A stretch of DNA of 64,000 bases, from positions 1,052,403-1,116,402 of the forward strand of contig MU055456.1 in assembly GCA_013239625.1 (NCBI GenBank), given 5' to 3'. The DNA comes from Lama guanicoe. Taxonomy: Eukaryota. The notes under the pieces were generated by a model that ran no database searches, had not been told where the DNA came from, and saw nothing but the letters and a program-made list of their open reading frames with translations. The translations under genes were made by a program, and so were the position numbers. Positions 40,301 through 51,479 of this stretch are shown here, in pieces. Position 1 is the first letter of the stretch, and each line of letters begins with the position of its first letter.

Positions 40301-41734
40301 CCCTCCAACCCTGCCACTCTGTGACTTTAGTCAATAAAAGTACCTTTCTTCGGGTTTACCTTGATATTGTCAAATAGGCTTATACCATGAAGAAACGGGG
40401 CAGGGAGGGGGAGGGTTGTTTGCTTCATTAAGGGTCTAAGACACAGACACTCTGGGGAGCCTTTTTATAAGAAATACCCAAAGATCTTTGTTCATAAGAG
40501 TCACGTGGGAAGCCCTTCCTCCCAGGTTGGGGGTCGGGGGCTGGGAGGAAAGGGCCATTGCTCCGAGGCCAGGGGCTGTCAGCCAAGGGCAGGGACATTG
40601 TTTCTCTTCACAGATGGGCTCCCTCTGCCCCAAGTGGCAGCGGCCAGGGCAAGAGGCATCCTTCAATGGCGCCACCATCACAGCTGAGCCCCTCCTGACC
40701 CCACCAGGCTGCTCCCAGTCCTTCTCCAGGGAGCTTCTCTGGTTGGAACCCAGACCCAGAGGCTTCTGAACCCTTTCAAGCACGCTCTGGGCACAAATCA
40801 GGAAGGCAGGGATGGGGGAGGCAGGAACACAGACGAAGGAGCTATTTTTGAGCGACTGGAAATAAAAGTTAAACACAGGTGTGTTCTGCACCCGTGGAAA
40901 TGTTCCCAAATCCACAAGAATTCTTTATAAATAAACTAAAAAACAAACCATTTGGATTGCCACATTTCATCCTCGTTTCCAGGGACACACACAAATAGTT
41001 CGGGCCTTTGCACATTATTTCAGGAACCGAGGAGGGCTTACAGGCACCCACTAAAGGTGTCTGACTCATTTTCTAGAAAGCTATACGAAGTGACAATCTG
41101 GGGCTAAAAATGAGGGCAACGTCTGCCCTGTGACTCCTGCCACAGCTCAGAAAAGAAGGGCAAAGAGAAACCACTTTAACTGACTATAAAAGGAAACCAG
41201 CACCAGAACAGAGGATACATCGAGAACTTCTACAGAAAAACCATCAAATTTAGAGAACAGAAATTGAGGAATTTCATCTCAACTCACAATAAAGCAGCAT
41301 ATCAAAATGCATATTCAACAAATCATGGCAAAACTATCCACTCTGCAATACGAAAAGCACACAGTTGTCTAGGTGAACTTCTGGGCGATCCCTGTGCTCA
41401 GACCAAGAGTAAGAATTTTCTAGGAAGCAGCGTTTGACAGACTCAGATTCTATTTCCCCCACTTTCAGCAGGCAAAATATTTATGGCAGGTTTTCCTTCC
41501 CAGTTCTTGCTGAAATATCACCCATTGCAAATTCCTACCCAAGGAGAATTCTTACTTATTTTAGGTGTATTTTTCACCACTGTTACCCACCTCACTTCAC
41601 GGCATTCCAGCCCCAGCAGCAAGCTGGACCCAGCCACAAGAGCCCCTGCATTTCCATTTCCGAGGTCAGAGACAGAAAAATTAAATTGATAATTCCTAGG
41701 ATTACAGGCACCACTGATGGGCCCCTCTCTACGA

Positions 41735-41905
41735 GAGGCACTTTATACACAGCATCTTAGTAAATCCTCATGGCGGCCCTGTGCGTTTAGCTTTATGACA
41801 ATAGAAAATGAGTCTCAGAGTGCGTAAGTGACATACCCAAAGACACAGCCAGGAAAGGTGGAGCTGAGACTCAAACCCTGGTGTCTCTGAGCTGGCAGCC
41901 CAGGT
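41735..41905 (-). mobile_element. MIR fragment
   Basis: aaatgagtctcagag...taagtgacatacccaaagacacagcc...gactcaaaccctgg. Confidence 0.55.
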
Positions 41906-44877
41906 GGTACTTGTCATTTTAACATGCTGTTTCTAACAAACTGGAAGACTAGATCAAGGCTGGCAGATATTTTATGGGAATACAAGTCAAAATCTGCAGA
42001 AGTACAGGAGTACAAGAGAACTGATTTCACAGATCATAAAAAATAACAATAAAAACAAAATGATAGAGCCTCAGGGACTTTTTGTAAGGAACAAGCTCAA
42101 AATGGGCCCAAGCACATGACGCAGCATGAGTTAAGTCTGGCTATATTATTAGCTATTGAAATCCAGCTAGTGGGTAGGCAGAGAGCATCCCAGGCAACGG
42201 GAACACGGTCTGGGTCAAGGTAGGGAGGATGCACGAGCAGGAAAGGGACAGCCCGGGAGAGTTCTCGCAGGACGGCAACGTGAGCAAGGCCAGCAAGTCA
42301 GACGGTGGCCAGACGACCTGGCCACACGAGTGCCCGGATACCAAGCCGGACCTCACAGTGAGGGAGAGGAGGTTACTAAGGGCCTTCACTGGAGCAGAGC
42401 ACTGTCACAGGAGGATACGAAGAAGGGGTTGGGGTGCCAGGGATGAAACAAGTTCAAACTGAAACTGGGGAAAGCATCCTTCCATTGGCCACCCCAGGGC
42501 TCCCCTCCAGCGCCAATGCTGTGGAAGGTGCTCGGGAGAGGAAAGGGGAAGAGGTTCGGCTGCCTCTCCACTCCCCTAGCCCAGGGAGGTGCAGACCAGT
42601 CTGGGCCTGGCTCTGCCATGGACAGAAGTGGCTGGGAGGCAGGAAGGCTGAATCCTCAGGTACTGGAGCTGCTGGGCTTGGGGGTACAGGCAGGGCAAAA
42701 CCAGGAGGAGCAAGTGTCCAAATGACAAGGGCGCTCGAGCCCGAGGAGCAGGATGAGTGTGCGAGCCAGGTCAGAGGACCAAGTGGACAGTGAGGATGAC
42801 AAGTGCTCATTTTGCAAATGTCATCATAACACTTGTAAGCTGCTTCACAGGGCGCAAACTGCTTCTAAATCCATTCAGTTATGGAACCAGGGACATCAGA
42901 TGCAATCCTCAGGACACGCTTGAAGGTAGCCTTACATGTCTGCCCATCCCTTTCTCCCTACTGTGCAGGTGGGACCAGGAAAGAGTCCCTCTCTGACTAA
43001 ATAAGCTCTTTAGAAATCTCCAGTTCTTATCAGATTGGACCTCAGGCTGGGAGGGGAGGTAGGAATGAAATCAGAAGGAATGTGTTCTCATCATATACAA
43101 CCTAACAACAAGGACTAGACCATAAGATGTTAAGGTAGAAATAGATGTGTTCAGATAAGAGACCACCATCCATGCTGGGTTTTTTTCTTTTCCCCAAACC
43201 TTATTAAATATTACTGTACATCTGGTGTTCAACTGAAAAGAGGGTGAACAAACAAAAACGAAAACAGGAAAGTGAGCACCCTCACTCCGAAGACCGACAG
43301 TTGTTTCATCCTGTGGTCACTTAATCATCACAGGGGAAAAGTGCTCCACCCCCGGCCCTGTGGTAGTAAACCCAAGCATCTGTGCCAACAATCCAAGTAT
43401 TCGTATCGTGCTTCACACCCAAAGAACGTATTTGGTTGGAGGTCTGACTTAAACTAGGAACTGCACTGGGCCGAGGAAAGCAGTGTGCAGTGCCCAGGAG
43501 GGCGAGGGGCAGGGCAGTAAGGAAGGAAGGAGCGCTCTGCTTCCTCGGCAGGAAGGAATGAGAAGGGCGGCGTCCCCCTTCCTCTGATTTCCTCCGGCCA
43601 TGTTCAACACCTACAGGGACGAAACAAGTTCACAGAAGAATAGTTCACAGGTGCAAAGATAGATGAGTTTTTGGGCCAACAGCAAAAAGGGAATATTCCA
43701 GAAAGGCGCTCTAGCACTGTCCAGCACACCACTTTCACATGGGGAGACTGAGAGGGCCAAGCTCTCTCCCGAAAATAATTTGACCTTTGCAAGCTGTTTA
43801 ACCTCTGGCGTCATTAATTCCCTGGCATCTTTGGCTCAGGCTCTTTAGAAGCCATTTCTTAGAGGTAACTGTCCTTGATTATAAGGTTACAAAGGTAAAT
43901 CCTACCAATCACTTATGGATACACTTGGGGACGGGGGATGGGGGACAGGCAACACCATGGCCCCTTCCCGCTCCGTGATGGCCAGAGGCAGCGTCGGGAC
44001 CCAGGACCTACTTCCCACCTTAAACCCCGGCTCTCTCTCCCCTTTGCACCCTGCACCCTCCACCCCATCAGTGCTTTCTGGCCCTGCATGAACTCAGGCC
44101 ACCCGGATGCTCGCCCGTCACACCTGTGCTAAGGGAATTTCACATTGCTTGCCGCTCCCCTGGAGGCAAGAATAAATGTACCTTATGCGTTCTAAAGACT
44201 GCCCTGCTTTTTGTCATATTCAACCATCATAAAAACCCTCTACTTCAGAGAAAAGGCCATACATTCTAGGAATTACTTAAATTTAGTAGGTGGATTTTTC
44301 AACCCCCTACCTGGTGAGTACTACTGTATGAAAGCATGAACAGTTATCTGGTCCAGGCCCTGTTAAGCTGTGTGACTTCACAGAGATGTTTACAGGGCTC
44401 TGTCTGCAATGATGATAAAATCGTCCGATCTTCTTGGACCAAACAAGACAGACAAAATTCTCTCAGGCATGCTGTCTTTGATCTGGACGGTAAACATTCT
44501 TTAGGCCTTTTCTGCCTTTTGAAAACCCCTCCTGGGAGACCTCACGACACAGAGCTTTGCAGCCAGGGCTGCCACGGAGGGTGGGTTCTCCCGCCAAGGA
44601 GGCCGCTTTCCACCTTCTGGGTGAGCCCTTCTGGGACAGGGCCATGCAAATCTGCAGCTGGCTCCAAGGCAAACAGAATCTATTCAATTTTCAAGTTCAT
44701 TCATTCACCTGAATACATCTGGCTTAGCCTGGTCAAGAGGAAAGACACGAGATTCTTCCTTGGGAGTTTAGGACCACGAAAATCAAGTGTTTCAGGGGCT
44801 AAACATAAGCTGGTACTATCCAACCAACACCTCAAAGCAGTTCATGGTTTAGAAGGCAGGAAGGAACCTTTCTTTAC

Positions 44878-44972
44878 CTTATTGATGAGTGTGACTATAT
44901 CTCCTTCTTTGATTGTCAATTCATCGTCATTCTGTGCCTCATATGGAAAAATTACTTTGCAGTAATCCTTGG
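44878..44972 (-). CDS. SH3KBP1: SH3KBP1 coding exon (~exon 8, 95 nt), N-terminal half of SH3C
   Basis: ttttcttcttacag|CCAAGGATTAC...ATCAATAAG|gtaaag; encodes (T)[31 protein letters not shown] (phase 1 to 0). Confidence 0.97.
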
Positions 44973-46771
44973 CTGTAAGAAGAAAAGAAAACACAACCTT
45001 TAAAATGCTTTCTCTAATGAGCTGGCCCAGGAGATGTTCACATTAACTTCAGAGAAAAGCACACTTAACGGACAGGACATAACTACTGCATAAAGAAAGA
45101 AGGGTCACCCTCAGAACACAACCTAACCTTGCTCATTTTTGGTTCATGCACATGTATTCTCATTTTTTCCCTCACAAATCATGACATCATGAAAGCCTGC
45201 TTTGCCTCTCTCAGGCAGAAGAGCAAAAAGGTTTTCTTGTTCTCAGGAAAACAGATGTGTATTTTTATATTCTCTTTATTTTTTACACCATTTAATATGT
45301 TCTTCAGGCGCACACATAAGCAGACTTAATCTACAAAGAGCAAAAAGCTTAAATTTCGTGCTCACTGCCTCCTTCCACATACCACTAAATCAGAAATAGG
45401 GTACCTGTATATGTTACAAAGCCGAGGCATTACTCAAAAGGATGAAAAAGGCTCCATTGTGGTCCATCTTAAGAGACAGATGTCAATGTAGTTGTGTGTG
45501 AACATGTGTCAACCAGAGACGGCCAACATATACTGACCAAATGCTCTTTACACACAAGTGTCCATGGGGTGAACTTTTCAAATCTGTCCCATGGTCTCTG
45601 TGGGAAGCTGCCTACTCAGAAATGGGGCTGTTCGTCAGCAAGGAAATGCACCAGCTTTCACCAAAGAGAGAAAAACACTAAGGCCACTCACAATCCATTC
45701 AAATCTGTCCTGAATTATATGCTTTTGAAAGTCTACCTGGTATTAAATCTTCTCTATTTACACAAAAGCACCAGTTTAGATGACAGTGCAAATGTGTGTA
45801 AGATATTTGGGAAATTAAAACTTAGAAAACAGGTTTAATGACTCAGGAAGGAAGGTGGAAAGAAAAATTCAAGAGAATGAGTCTCTACTGGGACAGGTAT
45901 TTATTATTCTGCATCAACGTCAACAACTCTAATGGTTTTGAATGGCCTGAGATATTTCCCAAGGATTAGGCCAGTTCCTGCAGATAGATTATAGCCTAGA
46001 GCTATGTACGTAAGTATCAATTATATTGTCCCTAGTACAATTTTTATCACTAAAATGTGGGTTTTGTAAAATTATAGTTAATGTCACATCAATAAAAGAG
46101 AGTGATATATAAAATCAAGGCAATAAGAAATCTATAATACAAACACACTGTGGTCTAGGGTTGGGACAGAGAGTAGGGAGGGGAGGAGAGAGGAAGGGGG
46201 AAAGGGAAAGAGAGGGACTTATTTTGTTTACAGATGTTTTTGTTTTCTGCCCAATGGCCTGAAGGTATCAGTTACATCCCCTGTCCTGGTGCTAGAAACC
46301 TCCTGTCTTAGGTGCTCTGGGAAGCTGATGCCTTTTGTTCCTTAACTCACGCTAAGAGGTACTAGTTCTAAATGCCATCAATACCAATCTGCACAAATAT
46401 TCCTAAGCCCACATAGTTACCAACATTCCACGTCTCTTAAGTTATCGCAAATCTCCCAAATTCTGAATTGGCAAATGTTCTAAAGGGAGGGGGGAAAAGT
46501 TAAGCATCTTTAAATTGGATAATGACAGCTCCTTCCCAATTTTCCTATTGACTGTGCTAGTCAAATACGACTACCCAACTTCAAAACTTACAACAACACT
46601 GAAATAAACACAGTATTATTGAAGAACTTCCCTGCAGAGTCCTGGCTTGAAGAATAATTTGTTGGATCAAAATCATGGAGACGTTTTACAAAGAAGATAA
46701 GACACCCATGGCCATCAAGGAAAAGGAACAAGTCATGTTTATATTCCTTTCCATCCAAAAAAGTTAACTAA

Positions 46772-47350
46772 GTGTGGCAGACTCCATTAGTTAACTTCCC
46801 AGCCACCATTACCCATCTTCTTCCCAGTTCATAGAATCCTAATTTGTTCAGGCATTATACTCAGGAATAGGGAACCCTCCCACAGCCCTAGGGATGAGTA
46901 AAGTACTCTAGGCAACCAGTATTAATTTTATTTCCCTTTGCTGGTGCTTGGTTGAGGGGTGAGCATGTGATCTACTTTCAGCCAATGAGATGTAAGAGGA
47001 AATATGCTGGTGGGAGGGAGGGCTGTTGGATTTTGTTCCCAGATGAAAAAAGAAACATGAGGGAAATAGTTTCCCCTGCCCTTTTGCTTTTAACATTGTT
47101 TCATCCTTGTTGGAAGACAGTACAATGTTTGGTGCTGTCACGGCCATATTTCAACCACGAGAGGAAAGCCAAGAAAATCAAAGAGAAGGTGAGCCTAAGC
47201 CCCAACACTTTTGAGATGTCTGTCAAAATAACCAACTTCAAGGGGCCTATCTTTGGATTTCTTGTTATCTGACTTAACAAAACTCTCTTGCTTATCATTA
47301 CTTTGTGGTCAGATAGGTATTTATCACTCAAAGCAGAAAGCTCCATGACA
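46772..47350 (+). mobile_element. Old MaLR LTR (MLT1J/K-like)
   Basis: Starts TGTGGCAGA, ends ...gcagaaagctccatgaCA; internal agcatgtgatctactttcagccaatgagatgtaagaggaa is typical of MLT1. Confidence 0.65.
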
Positions 47351-49617
47351 TGAAGGAATTCAGTAGAAGGAAGAGGACACTTCCAGCAACTTCTTCTGAA
47401 ACACCTGACTATAATCTGCCTCCCCACCCAAACCCCTCTTCTTATGTATCTCTGTCATTCCCTTTTTCCCCAACGCTTCCCTTGCTATCTCAAGACCCGA
47501 TCCTATAGTAGGTCAATAAATGACCTTGGAATTGACTTGTTACCGACATAGTGAGAAAACACAAGAAAGTACTAGCATGCCTTTAAAATTTCCTGGGGCC
47601 ATTATGTTTTATGCCCACAGCTTCCCCATCAGCTAAAGAAGGGCAGGTGTCCCTCTGCCTTTCGTAAAAAACAGCCTGAATGACATATAATTTATAAACC
47701 ATAAAACTCACACATTTTAGTTGTGCGGTTTGAAGAGCTTTAATAAATTAATAGTTATGTGCCCATCCCCATAACCCAGGTTTAGAACACTCCCACCACG
47801 TCACTATGCTGTTTATATGTGAGGCATTAGACACAAAATTACCTAGAAAGCACCAATTTTAGATAATAGGTGGAGATACTGGGGCCAGTGGCTACCGTCT
47901 GTCAACTACCTCTCTCCACGAAGTAAGTTCACACAGCATGCCAGCCCCTCTTCGTGTCCCCAGAACCTGACACAGCGCCCACTCAGTGTTTCTAGATGGT
48001 CTATGGCAACACCTATAAAGCGGAGGAAAATCTGAGGAACGGCAAAGTAGAGAGAGAGGATTCTGGGCTAGAGGTCAGGACAGTCAAGACTGGGTTTGGT
48101 CCCAGCTGGTCTTTCCCAACCACACGACCTGAGGCCTTCACACTGCAGCTCTGGACCTCACATCCTCAGGTGTACGAGAGGCCAGCCAAGGAGGGCCAAG
48201 AGGAGAGAGTGGGTAATTTCAGCAGAACACTTTTGGCAAATTGAAACTTATTCCAGAACACTAATATAAAACAACTAAAAACTGAGCTGCTCTAGTTAAA
48301 TTTGAGAGTGAGGCTGGCCCATCTCCCACCCAGGGCCCCAGAAACATCCCAGTGAAGTGCTGGAGGTGTCAAGGAACACACTGGGCTAGCCCAATGCCCC
48401 TGCCGGCTCTGCCGTATCAGGGCTCTGGTCACAAGGCCTGTAACTCAGAAACTCCTTCCTGACCAAACATGACAACCATTAACCTCACATTTGAAGTTAT
48501 TATGATACACTTGAAAATAAGAATTTGGTTTTACTCCTGAGGCATGGGGGCTCTAATGCAGCAGTATTGGAAAATCAGGACACTATGTTGGTTTGGATAT
48601 ACCAATGATTTTAAGTTACTCGAAAATAAATTCGTATGCCAAAAAAATTTATTAACTCTGAGACAGTGATTTTAATTGTATAGTATATGGAACAAAGAGA
48701 TGTTCCCTACTTTAATTCAAACATTTATTGAGTCATCACCATGAAAAAGATATTGTCAGTTCTTGGGCCTGTGATATCCAAGTCAGACCAACCACCCCCT
48801 CCCACCCCCACATGGAAGTGACAACCTAATGCCTAGAGAAAGGCCAGGGGAGAAGAAGGACAGTAAGAAAAGACAGATACACGAATAAGCATCAACTGGC
48901 TGTGATGGAGCACTGTCACGGGGTTGCAGAGAAAGGCAAGACTGCACTCAGGAGAGAGTTCACAAAAGAGGCGGCATTTGATATGTCCTGAGAGAAGAAT
49001 ATAAGTCCAAATCCTTTTTGAACGTGGGAAGATTATACATTTTAAATGAGTAGCAGACAGAGATGGAGAGGAAAGGACTGAAATTAATTTTTAGAGGCAG
49101 GCATTTTCCATCTATTCATCAATTAGATGGATTTAATTAGTCCAAGATCAAATAGGAATGAATACACATGCACATAAAGAAATAGAGGCACAATTTATCC
49201 AGTGATTAAGATGATTTTGTCTCTATTTTTTCTTTAGATTTAAAAATACTAATAAATTACCATAAGACTGAAAACTTAAGTCAGTTCTTCAGCTTTTTGT
49301 GTTGTAGAGTCCTTTAAGAATCTGATTAAAAGCAATGACTCTCTCTTTCTAGAAAAAGGGAAAAAAATTTAGACACATTTAAAGGTGCAAAGAAAATGTG
49401 GTGCACAGTATCAGAAGGTTCGAGGACCCTGAAACTCTTGTCCACATCCCAGTTAAGAGCCCCTTACTAAATAACGATAGGCATTCCAATTTCAAGAAAC
49501 ACCAAGAAGTCCAGTCGTAATTCACACCCCCTCAAAAAAAAACCCATTATGTCAATCTCTAAATTTCAAGCAATTTACATGAGATTAAAAACAGACAGTT
49601 TAAAGAACTGAACTCAC

Positions 49618-49657
49618 ATGCCCACATCTCATGACTCCCTTCAGCTGGTTTTGTAAC
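49618..49657 (-). other. SH3KBP1: Candidate 40-nt alternative exon of SH3KBP1 with an in-frame ATG (MWA-S-KDYCK...)
   Basis: U-rich tract + tag|GTTACAAAACCAGCTGAAGGGAGTCATGAGATGTGGGCAT|gtgagt; ATG at 49627-49625 is in frame with the exon starting at 44972. Confidence 0.55.
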
Positions 49658-49782
49658 CTATTCATATAAAAAATAAACAAACTTTAAAAAATACCCTCCA
49701 CTTAAAAAAAGTAGAAGAAACAGAATAAACACATCAGCAAAGAGAACATACACACACGCACACACCAAGGAAATAATGTTAA

Positions 49783-50374
49783 ATCTAGGACAGTTTTTTG
49801 GGTTCAATTTAGGACTTAAAGATCAAAATCCCATGTGTCACAAAGTCTGGTAGGAAGCCTTCCAGAACTTTCAGCAGGGGTGAAAAGTACCAGGTCATGC
49901 CTAGATTTGGAAATTTTCTCTTCCTTTGGGACACTCAAACAAAAATATCAAGCTTGGCGATGTCTACTTCCACCCACATCAAAATCTGAAAATTCTTTCA
50001 TTAAACTGACAAATACTATCTGAGACACTACTGGCTCATAGTCCCTTATCCAGAAGCCCTGAGGACAGAATTTTTCAGATTTTAGAAGGAAATACATTGC
50101 ACATTCTACATAATATGTCACATACCCAGGTAGGGTCTAGGGCTGCACCCAACCATCAAATTAAAATTTTGCAGCAAATAGGTGATTTGTCACCCCAAGC
50201 GGGATAAATAAGGACTATACCTAGATACATGTTAGTCCAGAACAAGTTTTCTCACCCTACTCAGATCTAGGACAGTTTTTTGGGTTCAATTTAGGACTTA
50301 AAGATCAAAATCCCATGTGTCACAAAGTCTGGTAGGAAGCCTTCCAGAACTTTCAGCAGGGGTGAAAAGTACCA
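49783..50374 (+). repeat. Exact 110-bp direct repeat (49783-49892 and 50265-50374)
   Basis: ATCTAGGACAGTTTTTTGGG...GGGGTGAAAAGTACCA occurs twice, 482 bp apart; no mismatches found on base-by-base reading. Confidence 0.95.
50031..50258 (+). mobile_element. MER46C-like (Tigger/Zombi) element, 3'-truncated
   Basis: Preceded by TA; tcccttatcc...cagaatttttcagattttagaa...gggtctagggctgcaccc...gggataaataaggactata; right terminal inverted repeat absent. Confidence 0.7.
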
Positions 50375-50818
50375 TGTTCTGGGGAAAAGTGAATAAGTTA
50401 AATAAGACTAGTATCTGGTTCTGAAGGAGCTAGCTTATAATCAAGGACAGGAAAGAAGATGTGTATACACAGAGCTCTGGACAAGGCAACAGTGAGGAGA
50501 GGATGAGACAGATGTGTTCAGCTTAAAGGATCAGAGATTCAGAAATGGGGAAATTACTTCCCAAAGAGACTCAGGGTCCCTTCTTGAAAGAGGAAGATGG
50601 CGCCGGGCCCTGCCTGTACAGTGCTCTAAGACTGTGAGTAGAGAAGGAAGGAGCAGGAGTGTCTCCCAAGTATTCCAATGACTCGGGGCACCTGTTTCTT
50701 CTATGCCTTCCCAGGGTATCCCAATCATCAGATCTGAGGTGGGAGCAAGAACCACCTACTATACCAGCCCCCTGGTAAGTCTCAGCAGCAGGGATGCTTA
50801 AGCATCCTGAGTCTCGGT

Positions 50819-50990
50819 CAGTGGCCCTCACGCTTGAGTGGGCAGTGGCTTTAGGTGGAGGACTTGTCAAAACAGAACCCCCAGGGTTTCCGATTCCATA
50901 GGGCTGGGGTGCCGCCTGGGGATTTGCATCTCTAACAAGTTCCCAGGGATGCTGATGCTGCTGGTCTAGGGGCCGCACTGTGAGAGCCAC
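50819..50990 (-). mobile_element. MER5A-like DNA transposon
   Basis: atttgcatctctaacaagttcccagggatgctgatgctgctggtc. Confidence 0.75.
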
Positions 50991-51255
50991 ATCTAGCAAA
51001 GACTCAATGCTAAGAAGGGACAACTGTGGAGACCTGGACGGTGAACCAGTGTGGCGGCAGTGCCAAGGCGGCGTGTGCTGTATGAGAGATTTGAATGGGA
51101 AATGCAGTTCTGGGTCAGTCTGAGGACCCAGGGAGAGTGAGGAGGGGATGAATATGAGGCCTGTCATGTGTTTAATAAATATTAACTGACTGTCCAGTGT
51201 GCGCCCGACAGCAGAGATGCAGTGGTGCCCTCCCGGAACTTACTACCATCTACAC

Positions 51256-51479
51256 CAGTGGTTCACAGCTGGGTTAAGTTTGCTTCCCAGGAGACACTGG
51301 CAATGCTTGGAGACATTAATGGTTGTCACAACCTGGAGGGGAGGAGGTGGTAAGTGTCATTGACATCTAGTGGGTAGAAGCCAGGACTCTGCTAAACATT
51401 CTACAATGGACCCAGGATAGCCCCACAACAAAGAACGATCTAGTCTAAATGTTAAGAGGGCCAAGGTGGAAAAACCCTG
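51256..51479 (+). mobile_element. MER20 with 8-bp target-site duplication
   Basis: cagtggtt...tggcaatgcttggagaca...ggttgtcacaac...catctagtgggtagaagccagg...aaaccctg; flanks ATCTACAC (51248-51255) and GTCTACAC (51480-51487). Confidence 0.85.

Noticed and set aside
44336-44965. 209-aa plus-strand ORF, the longest in the track
   Set aside because: Antisense to an SH3KBP1 exon and intron, no recognisable domain, no supporting gene structure.
49783-50374. Direct repeats as LTRs of a mini-retroelement
   Set aside because: No TG start, primer-binding site, polypurine tract or TSD; the spacer is unique DNA plus a truncated MER46C.
50571-51167. 198-aa minus-strand ORF
   Set aside because: Runs through a MER5A element (DQQHQHPWELVRDANPQ is a typical MER5A translation); spurious.
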